In this document: positions 41,457-49,155 of the stretch, piece by piece
How positions within the stretch are numbered: position 1 is the first letter of the stretch
Layout: each line of letters starts with the position of its first letter
Origin: a virus
IMG/VR virus record: IMGVR_UViG_3300020048_000024
Span: 32,001 to 96,000 of that record
Strand: one strand, 5' to 3'
DNA: 64,000 nucleotides
Translations under genes and position numbers: made by a program
The notes under the pieces: model-generated
Seen by the model: only the letters and a program-made list of their open reading frames with translations
The model's database searches: none
What the model was told of the DNA's origin: nothing

Positions 41457-42704
41457 TCATTGGTCTCTATAAGCCATATTACGTTTTTGTGCTTGAAGAA
41501 CTTCACTACATGGATTAATTTTAGCTTTTGCAAGCAAATCTAAAGTTAGTCGTTCATCTAAACTAAATGCTGCCAGCTGAACCGCAGGAGTGGGCCAGAT
41601 ATTAGCATCAATGATCCATTTTAGTGCATGAACATATTTTTTTACTGCTAGTACTTGAACGGCTTGACTGGGTTTACGAACAGTTTGAAGAACAGACCAT
41701 AGACCATGAATGGATCGATTAACTACCCATAGCTGTAATTCTTCGCTAGGATTTCTTATTCCAGCAATAGCATCGGGATCACGTTTGCAAACTTCTAATT
41801 GAAAATCTTCTGGGGGATTTGGCATGAATCGTATATCTGTTGGATTAGCTAACACCCACTTCTTCTGATTATTCACACTCATATTTCTAAAACGTTCATG
41901 CTTAGAGGTCATGTAATCTTTTGTATGTGTGCCCTGTTCTGTGCTTTTAGCAATTTTGTGTGGCAAGTAATTTGGTCGATTGTGTACTTGTTTTACCACA
42001 TCAATGGCATCTGTACTAAAGAAAACACCTTGATATGGTTCACTTGTATGAATTATACCAAAGCCGTTATCCACAATCCCATCTATTCCAATAGCACGAA
42101 AGAGTTTATTCCATGATACTTCACTAGGCGGAAATTGATTTAACCCTGTAGGGAATTTTTTTTGTGCTTTAACTTTACCTAGTAGTTTTGAAACTTTCAT
42201 GGTTACGTACCAAAATCGACCACCTGCCATATGGTTAATTCTAGCTTTATCCTCTGCACTATTAATTATATTTTCAACTTCATCAACTGATGTTTTCCAA
42301 TCTTTTCCTGATTGTTGACTCCAGTATTCTGCTATCTTTTTATAATAGCCATTTGCTTCTTGATTATCCATTAGATCAATATCAATAATATTACCCTTAC
42401 ATTTGAATATATTGGCATATTCACTTTCTCCGGCAAATGGTAATACTCCCATTGACAAACTATTTGCAACTTTATCAACAACATACGCGGCCGGATATGC
42501 ATATATGCCGATTGGAGTTTTATATTTGCTTCGTGGATTGATACCTAGTTTATCTATTTCAGTAAATGAAATGAATAGATTGGCCACATTCTCTGAATTT
42601 TTAGACACATCACTTACTGCCCTAATCAATTCAGTGTTAGCCGTAAGCTTGGGATTTCGTTCCGGGTTTTTACGTAGTTCTGTTAGAATTTCTGTGATTT
42701 TCAT
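41457..42704 (-). CDS. Hypothetical late protein: possible ADP-ribosyltransferase-like domain plus C-terminal helical repeats
   Basis: MKITEILTE leader; TPIGIYAYP...GIDGIVD...IHTSEPYQGVFF; C-terminal ~22-aa repeats I..I.NP.EE.QL..V. Confidence 0.4.
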   Translation of the reverse strand: MKITEILTELRKNPERNPKLTANTELIRAVSDVSKNSENVANLFISFTEIDKLGINPRSKYKTPIGIYAYPAAYVVDKVANSLSMGVLPFAGESEYANIFKCKGNIIDIDLMDNQEANGYYKKIAEYWSQQSGKDWKTSVDEVENIINSAEDKARINHMAGGRFWYVTMKVSKLLGKVKAQKKFPTGLNQFPPSEVSWNKLFRAIGIDGIVDNGFGIIHTSEPYQGVFFSTDAIDVVKQVHNRPNYLPHKIAKSTEQGTHTKDYMTSKHERFRNMSVNNQKKWVLANPTDIRFMPNPPEDFQLEVCKRDPDAIAGIRNPSEELQLWVVNRSIHGLWSVLQTVRKPSQAVQVLAVKKYVHALKWIIDANIWPTPAVQLAAFSLDERLTLDLLAKAKINPCSEVLQAQKRNMAYRDQ

Positions 42705-43390
42705 GCTGATTTCAAAAGTGCGGAATCTATAAAAACTGGATCAGTTATTACCAATGTACCATCTGATCTAGCCATAACGTTGGCATCGTGAAGATCGGGT
42801 TCAAAATTTCCAGATTTTATCAATGTTTTTGCTATGTCTAGGGCGTCGATCCATTGAGGATGAGTTGATCCCCAATTTATATAAAAGCTACTATCTTTAT
42901 ATTTTGGACTTTTAGTCATATCGCTTGGCATACCTGTATTTCTTAGTACGCTATTTGACCAATTAATTATTCTTATATCATCACTGTTAGTAATAGGAGT
43001 GAGTTTCTCCATTCTAATAGCTGATACTTCGGGAGTAACAGGAACTATTCGTTTACTAATAAATTTGGGCATGTGTGGATTGTCTGTGTGTTTACGAGCG
43101 GTTGATATCCAAGCAGTATAGGCAGTATCGGTTGAGATAAACACTTTAAGAACATAAGATAATTTTGGATGACTCCATACTGTCCCAAAACCGCCTGAGC
43201 CCAATGGGTGAAATCCATTCTTTAGTAATATATCATGCCATTCAACGCCCATAGGATAAGGACTATCACTATCTCTGATTCTGTTAGGAACAGGCAAATC
43301 TTTGATTTTATTTTTAATACCAACTAGTTCTGTCAATTTTTCTTCATCGATTGAGCTATTGGTTTCGGGCAAGAATTCATGTGATTTCAT
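42701..43390 (-). CDS. Ser/Thr protein-kinase-like protein
   Basis: LGSGGFGTVW Gly loop, VLKVF, MEKL hinge, DLHDANVM catalytic loop, ITDP; start reassigned to ATG 43390 (MKSHEFLPE) 5 nt from GATAAATA. Confidence 0.75.
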   Translation of the reverse strand: MKSHEFLPETNSSIDEEKLTELVGIKNKIKDLPVPNRIRDSDSPYPMGVEWHDILLKNGFHPLGSGGFGTVWSHPKLSYVLKVFISTDTAYTAWISTARKHTDNPHMPKFISKRIVPVTPEVSAIRMEKLTPITNSDDIRIINWSNSVLRNTGMPSDMTKSPKYKDSSFYINWGSTHPQWIDALDIAKTLIKSGNFEPDLHDANVMARSDGTLVITDPVFIDSALLKSA

Positions 43391-43394
43391 ACTT

Positions 43395-43423
43395 GTATTT
43401 ATCCAAAGTAGTTGACATATGAT
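43395..43423. repeat. 29-bp direct repeat copy 1 (back-to-back late promoter / -35 box)
   Basis: GTATTTATCCAAAGTAGTTGACATATGAT identical at 43395 and 44207. Confidence 0.9.
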
Positions 43424-43543
43424 GATAAGTGGTGGTGATGAATACACAAGACCATCAAATGACTCACAAATTGAATCAATAATTGATAAAGCATTGAAAA
43501 ACTTCAATGATATCGGAGTAATTGAAGTGGCGATTAGTAGACT

Positions 43544-44200
43544 TTAAACTATCCAAGGGTCAATGATCACTGGAGTTCCGTCCGCTCGCGCCATGAAGTT
43601 ATACCCATGTAGGTCTAGTTCATATCCCATTTGATTTGCAATGTCATTAAGTCTGACAATGGTCTTGTAAAATACGTGAACTCCTCTAGGGCCCAGTATA
43701 TTCAAAAGTTTGTCCCATGAATTCTTATATCCCCACACTGGGTACGTTAAAGTTTGTGCCACATCCTCAAAGCTCTCGTTAGCCATTGCTCGATCTGCCA
43801 TTTCTTTGCATAGTTTGCCAATGGCACCAATACTATTCAGACGTTCTTGACGCATCTGTATATAAACATGCCCATTCCAATAGAAACTTTCAAAACCCGA
43901 AAACTTAGGTAGAAATGGATTACTCTTATGATTGTTGCAGTACTTGGCCCAACGAAAGAACATCATATGTTCCTTGGAGAATATAGGCTTAGTATTTTCA
44001 TCATTGGGTGCCAGTGATACATTGTTCTGTGTTCCAAATATCTTAAGTACCAATCCAGTTTCTGGTTCTAGAAATGCGGTTTGATCAACACCCTGACCAA
44101 TCTGCTTATAGCCCTTGTCTATAAGATGATCAACGATAGCTGGATCGGTATCGCTGTATTCGTCTAGTATGGATTCACGTAATATTTCAGATAATTTCAT
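43544..44200 (-). CDS. Ser/Thr protein-kinase-like protein (paralog)
   Basis: IGQGVDQTAF, VLKIF, QERL, DLHGYNFM, IIDPW; start reassigned to ATG 44200 (MKLSEILRE) 7 nt from GATAAATA. Confidence 0.75.
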   Translation of the reverse strand: MKLSEILRESILDEYSDTDPAIVDHLIDKGYKQIGQGVDQTAFLEPETGLVLKIFGTQNNVSLAPNDENTKPIFSKEHMMFFRWAKYCNNHKSNPFLPKFSGFESFYWNGHVYIQMRQERLNSIGAIGKLCKEMADRAMANESFEDVAQTLTYPVWGYKNSWDKLLNILGPRGVHVFYKTIVRLNDIANQMGYELDLHGYNFMARADGTPVIIDPWIV

Positions 44201-44206
44201 TATGTA

Positions 44207-44252
44207 GTATTTATCCAAAGTAGTTGACATATGATATTCATTACAGTATACT
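44207..44252. promoter_or_regulatory. 29-bp direct repeat copy 2: leftward late promoter (GATAAATA) and rightward sigma70 promoter
   Basis: TATTTATC 44208-44215; TTGACA 44224-44229, 17 bp, TATACT 44247-44252. Confidence 0.8.
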
Positions 44253-44258
44253 TATAAA

Positions 44259-44444
44259 ATGAGCACAGAAAATTTATTTGATTTTACAAACGTACCTCAG
44301 TCTAAAAAACGGAAAACCATCATCGACGATGTTCGTAATATATTGATTGTGGAATTCTTGGGAGATAAATCCGGAGAATTGCAAGCTAAAAAACTATTCG
44401 AAGAACTAGTGGGTCGTGGTTTAAAAGTGAAGATAATGTCATGA
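44259..44444 (+). CDS. Small hypothetical protein
   Basis: 61 aa, ATG 7 nt after -10 box, ATGA-coupled to ABC-GNAT gene. Confidence 0.6.
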   Translation: MSTENLFDFTNVPQSKKRKTIIDDVRNILIVEFLGDKSGELQAKKLFEELVGRGLKVKIMS

Positions 44445-45553
44445 GAACATATGAATTAACATTAAAATGTGATGCGCCAACTGACTTCTATTGTGTCAAA
44501 GCAGCCAACTCGGTTGACTTAGATATTGATAAGAAATTAACACATAATATTAAGATTAGAGCTGATCTTGACACTCCGTACAATGTCGGTCTTATCATTG
44601 GAGCAAGTGGATCAGGTAAGACTACTCTTGCTAAACATATTTGGGGCAACGATTGCTTTGATACACTACTAAAGCCAGACACAGCAGTTATCTCACAGTT
44701 TGATGAATCATATAGCTATGATGAACGAGTGGCATTCTTAAGCGGAGTTGGGCTAGCATCACCCACTTGTTGGATTGCCCCAGCTAAGACATTAAGTAAC
44801 GGTCAACAAGCAAGAGCAGAAGCTGCATTACAAATGGCTAGATTAGACGGTAAGTTTACAGTCATTGATGAATTTACTAGTGTAGTAGATAGAACTGTAG
44901 CCAAAGCAATGGCACATGCGGTACAAAAACATGCACGAAAAACAGGCAAGACCATAGCACTGCTCAGTTGTCACTATGATGTATTAGAATGGTTGAACCC
45001 AGATTGGATCATCGATTGTAATACCCAAGAGTACACTGACCGGAGGTCACTTTGTCGAGGGTTTACCAGAACCGAAGAGCTTGTTTTTGGGATTAGACAA
45101 CTCATTGACAACAAAAGTTGGAAAGTCTTTAGTAAGTATCACTATCTAAGCGACACTCTACCACCAGGGAAAAACTATAGTTTTGGATTGTTTAGTGGAG
45201 ATAATCAGATTGGATTCTGTGCCTTTTCAAATTATGTAATGTGGAAACAAGAACACAAAGATAAGGGTATTCCAATGGTATTACACGCTAATCGAATTGT
45301 AATTCATCCTGATTATTGTGGGTTCGGTTTGGGTGGCAAGTTTACTGATATATGTGCTGATCACTTACAGAATGAAATGGGCTTTGACGTTCAGATCAAA
45401 TTGAGCAGTGCTAGTATGGCTATTTCCCTTAAACGAAATCCACGTTGGGAACTAAGAGAAGTTAAACGAAACATTCATAATATCTGGAGCAATCACGAGA
45501 ATCGTAAGGGTAGAATGGATGTAAAAACGTGGTCATTTAAGTTTCTTGGCTAA
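44441..45553 (+). CDS. ABC-type ATPase fused to GNAT acetyltransferase
   Basis: Walker A GASGSGKTT, signature LSNGQQAR, Walker B VIDEF, H-loop SCHYD; C-terminal acetyl-CoA motif RIVIHPDYCGFGLG. Confidence 0.8.
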   Translation: MRTYELTLKCDAPTDFYCVKAANSVDLDIDKKLTHNIKIRADLDTPYNVGLIIGASGSGKTTLAKHIWGNDCFDTLLKPDTAVISQFDESYSYDERVAFLSGVGLASPTCWIAPAKTLSNGQQARAEAALQMARLDGKFTVIDEFTSVVDRTVAKAMAHAVQKHARKTGKTIALLSCHYDVLEWLNPDWIIDCNTQEYTDRRSLCRGFTRTEELVFGIRQLIDNKSWKVFSKYHYLSDTLPPGKNYSFGLFSGDNQIGFCAFSNYVMWKQEHKDKGIPMVLHANRIVIHPDYCGFGLGGKFTDICADHLQNEMGFDVQIKLSSASMAISLKRNPRWELREVKRNIHNIWSNHENRKGRMDVKTWSFKFLG

Positions 45554-45564
45554 TCCAAATTCTA

Positions 45565-45593
45565 TTGACAATAATGATAAATATGTGTATACT
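45565..45593 (+). promoter_or_regulatory. Sigma70-type promoter with embedded late box for tmRNA
   Basis: TTGACA 45565-70, 17 bp, TATACT 45588-93; GATAAATA at 45576-83. Confidence 0.75.
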
Positions 45594-45599
45594 ATGTTT

Positions 45600-45931
45600 T
45601 TAAAGAATTGTTGTAAACCCTGAGTAATCAGGACAGAAGTAAAGAGAAAAGTGTTCAAGACGAGGGTTCGATTCCCTCCTTCTCCACCAAAAGTATACTG
45701 GTTCTCATCCACGTCCAAGAGTATGAGATAATAGTTGTGACGTACTTCCAGTATATTTCTGATGGGGAAGACCAGGTTTCGATTGGGCAAAGAGTAACGG
45801 AATGGACAACTCGACACAGATAGTCGTAAAAAGTAAACAACCAATAAAAGCAAACGAAGATAGCTTTGTAGCAGAACGCTTAGCGGCGTGATCACTACCG
45901 AGGTAGGAAATACCTTGTAACCAAAATCACC
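45600..45931 (+). ncRNA. ssrA: Circularly permuted (two-piece) tmRNA, tag ANEDSFVAERLAA*
   Basis: T-arm GAGGG-TTCGATT-CCCTC 45662-78 and CTTCTCC-ACCA 45679-89 precede the 5' strand GGGGAAG 45764-70 (7-bp acceptor stem with G3.U70); tag reading frame 45850-45891; ends approximate. Confidence 0.9.
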
Positions 45932-45957
45932 AAATAGGAACTTCGGTTCCTATTTTT
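45932..45957. terminator. Intrinsic terminator, probably bidirectional
   Basis: AAATAGGAAC-TTCG-GTTCCTATTT followed by T-run; between convergent tmRNA and 45956..46504. Confidence 0.85.
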
Positions 45958-46504
45958 ATTTACGACGCGGTGGTGGCGGAGCAGATGGTCTTTGTACGTG
46001 AACCGGTCTTTGTGGAGGCGGAGCAGATGGTCTTTGTACGTGAATTGGTCTTTGTGGCGGCGGAGCAGATGGTCTTTGAGTGTGACGAACAGGTTCATTA
46101 TAACGCTGAACAGCTCCACGATAATTACCTTGACCGTAGCCGCCGCTAAACTGAGGATTTCCCACCCAGTAGTACGGAGTCCATTGTAAGAATTGTTGAC
46201 GAAGTGGAGGATACCACCAGCGATTGATCCACCAAAATGGAGCTGGCCATCCAACAATAATTGGAGGCATATATTGAATTGCTTCTTCTGGCGGAATGGA
46301 TCTAGGATCATCACCGGGAACAAAATTTTGTGGAATATCATTAACAATCATATTTTCTGGAGGAGAATCTGCCGACTGTGCTTTTGAATCATTAGTGGCA
46401 CCGAGACCAAGTCCAGTAGCAGCCGCTCCGACTGCTCCTTTTAGAAACCCACGACGACTAATTTCGTCTAGTTCTTGTTCTACTAATATTTCGCTTATTT
46501 TCAT
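45956..46504 (-). CDS. Late protein with MKISE leader, twin-arginine (Tat) signal and Pro-rich tail
   Basis: MKISEILVEQELDE-ISRRGFLKGAVGAAATGLGLGATNDSKA/Q; 3x QRPSAPPP repeats; CTAAATA box and AAGGA SD upstream. Confidence 0.75.
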   Translation of the reverse strand: MKISEILVEQELDEISRRGFLKGAVGAAATGLGLGATNDSKAQSADSPPENMIVNDIPQNFVPGDDPRSIPPEEAIQYMPPIIVGWPAPFWWINRWWYPPLRQQFLQWTPYYWVGNPQFSGGYGQGNYRGAVQRYNEPVRHTQRPSAPPPQRPIHVQRPSAPPPQRPVHVQRPSAPPPPRRK

Positions 46505-46567
46505 TTTATTCCTTCTATACTATATTTAGTCATTGACAATAAATATAGTATATGTTAGAGTATCATT

Positions 46568-46822
46568 ATGAAAATAGATAAAAGTTCTGATTGGCATTTG
46601 GTAGACTTAGAGTTTAACAGTCAGATTAGTGCGTTGAACTTTAATGCTGATCTAAATAAAATGAAACGTAATTTAGAAAAAATGGTTACAGAATTGAACA
46701 AGTCTGAAGTTGAGGCTCGTAGACTCAAGACAAATAAATATATACAGCCTAAGATAGACGAGATAAATATAGCAATAGATCAATTAGAAAAATGGATCAT
46801 TGTACTTATATTACGACAATAA
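46568..46822 (+). CDS. Hypothetical coiled-coil protein
   Basis: 84 aa; TTGACA 46533-N17-TAGAGT promoter, ATG 7 nt later. Confidence 0.65.
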   Translation: MKIDKSSDWHLVDLEFNSQISALNFNADLNKMKRNLEKMVTELNKSEVEARRLKTNKYIQPKIDEINIAIDQLEKWIIVLILRQ

Positions 46823-46834
46823 CGGAGAAATAAA

Positions 46835-46984
46835 ATGAATACATATTGGGCAAATGTTAAAACTGGAATCGGTGGTTTTATCAAGGTAACTGTACAAGCA
46901 GACAATGCTTATATTGCTGGGGAAATCCTTAAAAATACATACGGATCGAATTTAATGACTGGGCCCGCTCTAGTAACTCATTAA
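46835..46984 (+). CDS. Small hypothetical protein (49 aa), not in ORF track
   Basis: GGAG SD; MNTYWANVKTGIGGFIKVTVQADNAYIAGEILKNTYGSNLMTGPALVTH. Confidence 0.65.
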   Translation: MNTYWANVKTGIGGFIKVTVQADNAYIAGEILKNTYGSNLMTGPALVTH

Positions 46985-46985
46985 T

Positions 46986-47039
46986 TGTTGCAAAAATACA
47001 ACATAATATATTGACATTAAACCCATTATAGCTTATAAT
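46986..47039 (+). promoter_or_regulatory. Early sigma70 promoter with upstream TGTTG-N8-CAACA palindrome
   Basis: Palindrome 46986-47003; TTGACA 47011-16, 17 bp, TATAAT 47034-39. Confidence 0.8.
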
Positions 47040-47069
47040 GGTTTTACAGTAACAGAAACGGAGTAAAAA

Positions 47070-47267
47070 ATGTCAGATAATAAAATTGATCGTACTGAAT
47101 ACGATATGTTGTTTCCATCCGCTCAAGAATTCAAAACTTGGGTCGAAAATCAAGAGCTTATGGCCGTTCGTGCCGAACTCAAGCGCCGCTTAACTGCTGC
47201 CATAGCTGAAAACGCTCGTAAATACGCTAAAGAAGACTTTAGCCCATTTAACACGATTAATAGCTAA
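47070..47267 (+). CDS. Small early hypothetical protein
   Basis: GGAG SD, 65 aa, downstream of consensus promoter. Confidence 0.65.
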   Translation: MSDNKIDRTEYDMLFPSAQEFKTWVENQELMAVRAELKRRLTAAIAENARKYAKEDFSPFNTINS

Positions 47268-47321
47268 TGTTGTGTAAAAACAACACTTTTTATTGACAAT
47301 AAATCCATATTCCTGTATAAT
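47268..47321 (+). promoter_or_regulatory. Early sigma70 promoter with upstream TGTTG-N8-CAACA palindrome
   Basis: Palindrome 47268-85; TTGACA 47293-98, 17 bp, TATAAT 47316-21. Confidence 0.8.
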
Positions 47322-47352
47322 ATACACATACACTAGAGAAAAGGAAGTAAAA

Positions 47353-47505
47353 ATGTTCAAGCTAATTTATGTCGCTACTAAAGCCGATTTCACTAAACAA
47401 GGTGAAGTTCTCACGTTTCCCACTCAACGGGCAGCCGAACATTATGTTCATTTTTATCATATGAATCATTCAAACTATAATGTGCAAGTTGAGTCTGTCA
47501 AATAA
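47353..47505 (+). CDS. Small early hypothetical protein
   Basis: AAGGAAG SD then ATG 47353 (MFKLIYVATK..). Confidence 0.6.
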   Translation: MFKLIYVATKADFTKQGEVLTFPTQRAAEHYVHFYHMNHSNYNVQVESVK

Positions 47506-47510
47506 TTGGC

Positions 47511-47539
47511 TTGACAATAAATCCATTTTCCTGTAAAAT
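47511..47539 (+). promoter_or_regulatory. Early sigma70 promoter (near copy of 47293 promoter)
   Basis: TTGACAATAAATCCATTTTCCTGTAAAAT. Confidence 0.75.
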
Positions 47540-47572
47540 ACACACATACACTCAAAAAACAAGGAACTAAAC

Positions 47573-47800
47573 ATGAATCAAAAAGTCGCTCAAGCACTTT
47601 CCGCTCAGTTTCAGATCAAAATGACTGACGCTGCCGATGTTCAGTATCATGCCGGTCTTGCTAAACGCCGTCTGGAGACTGCCTTAGAAAATGCTCGTTT
47701 AGCATGGGAATCAATCATCGATGACGAGCGGGCATTACGCGCTCTTTACGTAGGTCGTCTTGAGGGCTGGAAGGGAAAATCTTGGTATACTGGCGTTTAA
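47573..47800 (+). CDS. Small early hypothetical protein
   Basis: AAGGA SD, 75 aa. Confidence 0.65.
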   Translation: MNQKVAQALSAQFQIKMTDAADVQYHAGLAKRRLETALENARLAWESIIDDERALRALYVGRLEGWKGKSWYTGV

Positions 47801-47843
47801 GCGGTATTCAATCAGCACACACACACACATAAAGGAATTTAAA

Positions 47844-48110
47844 ATGAAAGCAAAAATCACTCTTTTGTATTACACGGATCCTGGTCATGGCTGGCTTCGC
47901 GTGCCGCTTAAAACTCTCACTAAACTGGGCATCGCCGATAAAATCACTTCGTTTTCGTATCAACGAACCGAGTATGCTTATCTTGAAGAAGATCAAGATA
48001 TGACAACTTTTCTTTTGGCTATGAATGAAAAGGGCGTTGAAGTTACTCGTAAAAATCGCAACACTGATCGCGAATCTCGTATTCGTAAGTATGAGTCATA
48101 CGTAGTTTAA
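47844..48110 (+). CDS. Small early hypothetical protein (DPGHGW family)
   Basis: AAGGA SD then ATG 47844; TDPGHGWLRV...YLEED motif. Confidence 0.65.
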   Translation: MKAKITLLYYTDPGHGWLRVPLKTLTKLGIADKITSFSYQRTEYAYLEEDQDMTTFLLAMNEKGVEVTRKNRNTDRESRIRKYESYVV

Positions 48111-48135
48111 TCTGTCACACTCAAAGGATTCCACA

Positions 48136-48354
48136 ATGAATGCAGTTTATTTGCTAATGATGCGTTATACTCTTGACGGCGAAACGGCACTTGATGATGT
48201 TGATATTGATCAAGTGGGTAACATGGTCATTGGCGTATATCTTTCTCAAGAAAACGCAGTTGCCGAAATGGTAAAAACTAAAAAAGAATCTCAGAATCAA
48301 GATGACGTAGAATACTACGTTGACTATAAACAAATTCGTGATTCAGTAGCTTAA
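48136..48354 (+). CDS. Small early hypothetical protein
   Basis: AAGGA SD, 72 aa. Confidence 0.6.
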   Translation: MNAVYLLMMRYTLDGETALDDVDIDQVGNMVIGVYLSQENAVAEMVKTKKESQNQDDVEYYVDYKQIRDSVA

Positions 48355-48367
48355 TCGGATTTGAAGA

Positions 48368-48619
48368 ATGAACGAACGAATCGACAAACTGATCGAACAA
48401 TGCACCGTTCAGAACTTTTCTGATTGCATAGGTGGGTATGAAACTTTCGATAAAGAAAAGTTCGCTGAGTTGTTAATCAGAGAATGTCTTGATATCGTTG
48501 ATAGTAGAAATGGATGGATCAATGATGAAAATCAGGATAGTCAGTTTGTGTATGGTTACGAAACGGCTATTCGTCATTGTTCTGTGTTTATCAAAGCACA
48601 TTTTGGAGTTGAAGAATGA
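48368..48619 (+). CDS. Hypothetical protein, MNERI...FAELI..EC...HFGVE family
   Basis: Shares termini with adjacent paralog. Confidence 0.65.
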   Translation: MNERIDKLIEQCTVQNFSDCIGGYETFDKEKFAELLIRECLDIVDSRNGWINDENQDSQFVYGYETAIRHCSVFIKAHFGVEE

Positions 48620-48912
48620 ACGAACGAATTAGACAACTTGCCGATCGAGCGCATGTAACTGTTCTTACAACAAAAGGCATGGAGAACGTTTTAGACGGTT
48701 GTTACCTTGTTTCCCCAGATAAATTACAAGAGTTCGCCGAGTTGATTGTGAAAGAATGTGCTAGTATGGCGGCAAACTTTTCTATGGAGAACAAACGCTT
48801 TCATCCTGACAGCGACCCTGTTAATATGCCGATTGGTCAACGTATGGTGTATCATTCTACTTGCCAATCAGTCTCTTATGAGATTAAACAACATTTTGGA
48901 GTTGAACTATGA
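48616..48912 (+). CDS. Hypothetical protein, MNERI family paralog
   Basis: MNERI...FAELIVKEC...HFGVE; ATGA overlap. Confidence 0.65.
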   Translation: MNERIRQLADRAHVTVLTTKGMENVLDGCYLVSPDKLQEFAELIVKECASMAANFSMENKRFHPDSDPVNMPIGQRMVYHSTCQSVSYEIKQHFGVEL

Positions 48913-49076
48913 GTTTCATGCGAGAAGCGGTTCGAGAGTGGACTTGGAATGTCGGGCAAGATCGATCAGATCAACAGTGGATTCTTTCTGATTATGATAC
49001 GTGGGAACGTAATCCGCATTATCGTGGACCCGATCAAGGTCATCCGGAAGATGACTATTATGAAGATGAAGAATAA
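48909..49076 (+). CDS. Small hypothetical protein (55 aa), not in ORF track
   Basis: ATGA-coupled; MSFMREAVREWTWNVGQDRSDQQWILSDYDTWERNPHYRGPDQGHPEDDYYEDEE. Confidence 0.65.
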   Translation: MSFMREAVREWTWNVGQDRSDQQWILSDYDTWERNPHYRGPDQGHPEDDYYEDEE

Positions 49077-49093
49077 TTCGGTCAATGTAATCA

Positions 49094-49122
49094 TTGACAA
49101 TAAATCGTTTTAGCACTATAAT
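49094..49122 (+). promoter_or_regulatory. Early sigma70 promoter
   Basis: TTGACAATAAATC..., 17 bp, TATAAT. Confidence 0.75.
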
Positions 49123-49155
49123 TACTACTTACTTAATTAATTCAAAGGAATTTAA

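Noticed and set aside
43391-43507. Longer N-termini for kinases given by ORF track (43507, 44230)
   Set aside because: Extensions run through promoter boxes; internal ATGs give the shared leader and correct promoter spacing
43419-43547. 42-codon plus-strand ORF between the kinases
   Set aside because: No SD or -10, starts inside the repeat; may be a remnant but cannot be supported as a gene
45655-45689. Stand-alone tRNA gene suggested by GGTTCGATTCC...CCA
   Set aside because: No upstream acceptor 5' strand or anticodon arm; the complementary strand lies downstream, so it is the permuted tmRNA
45533-45895. Minus-strand ORFs of 120 and 61 aa
   Set aside because: Antisense shadows of the tmRNA
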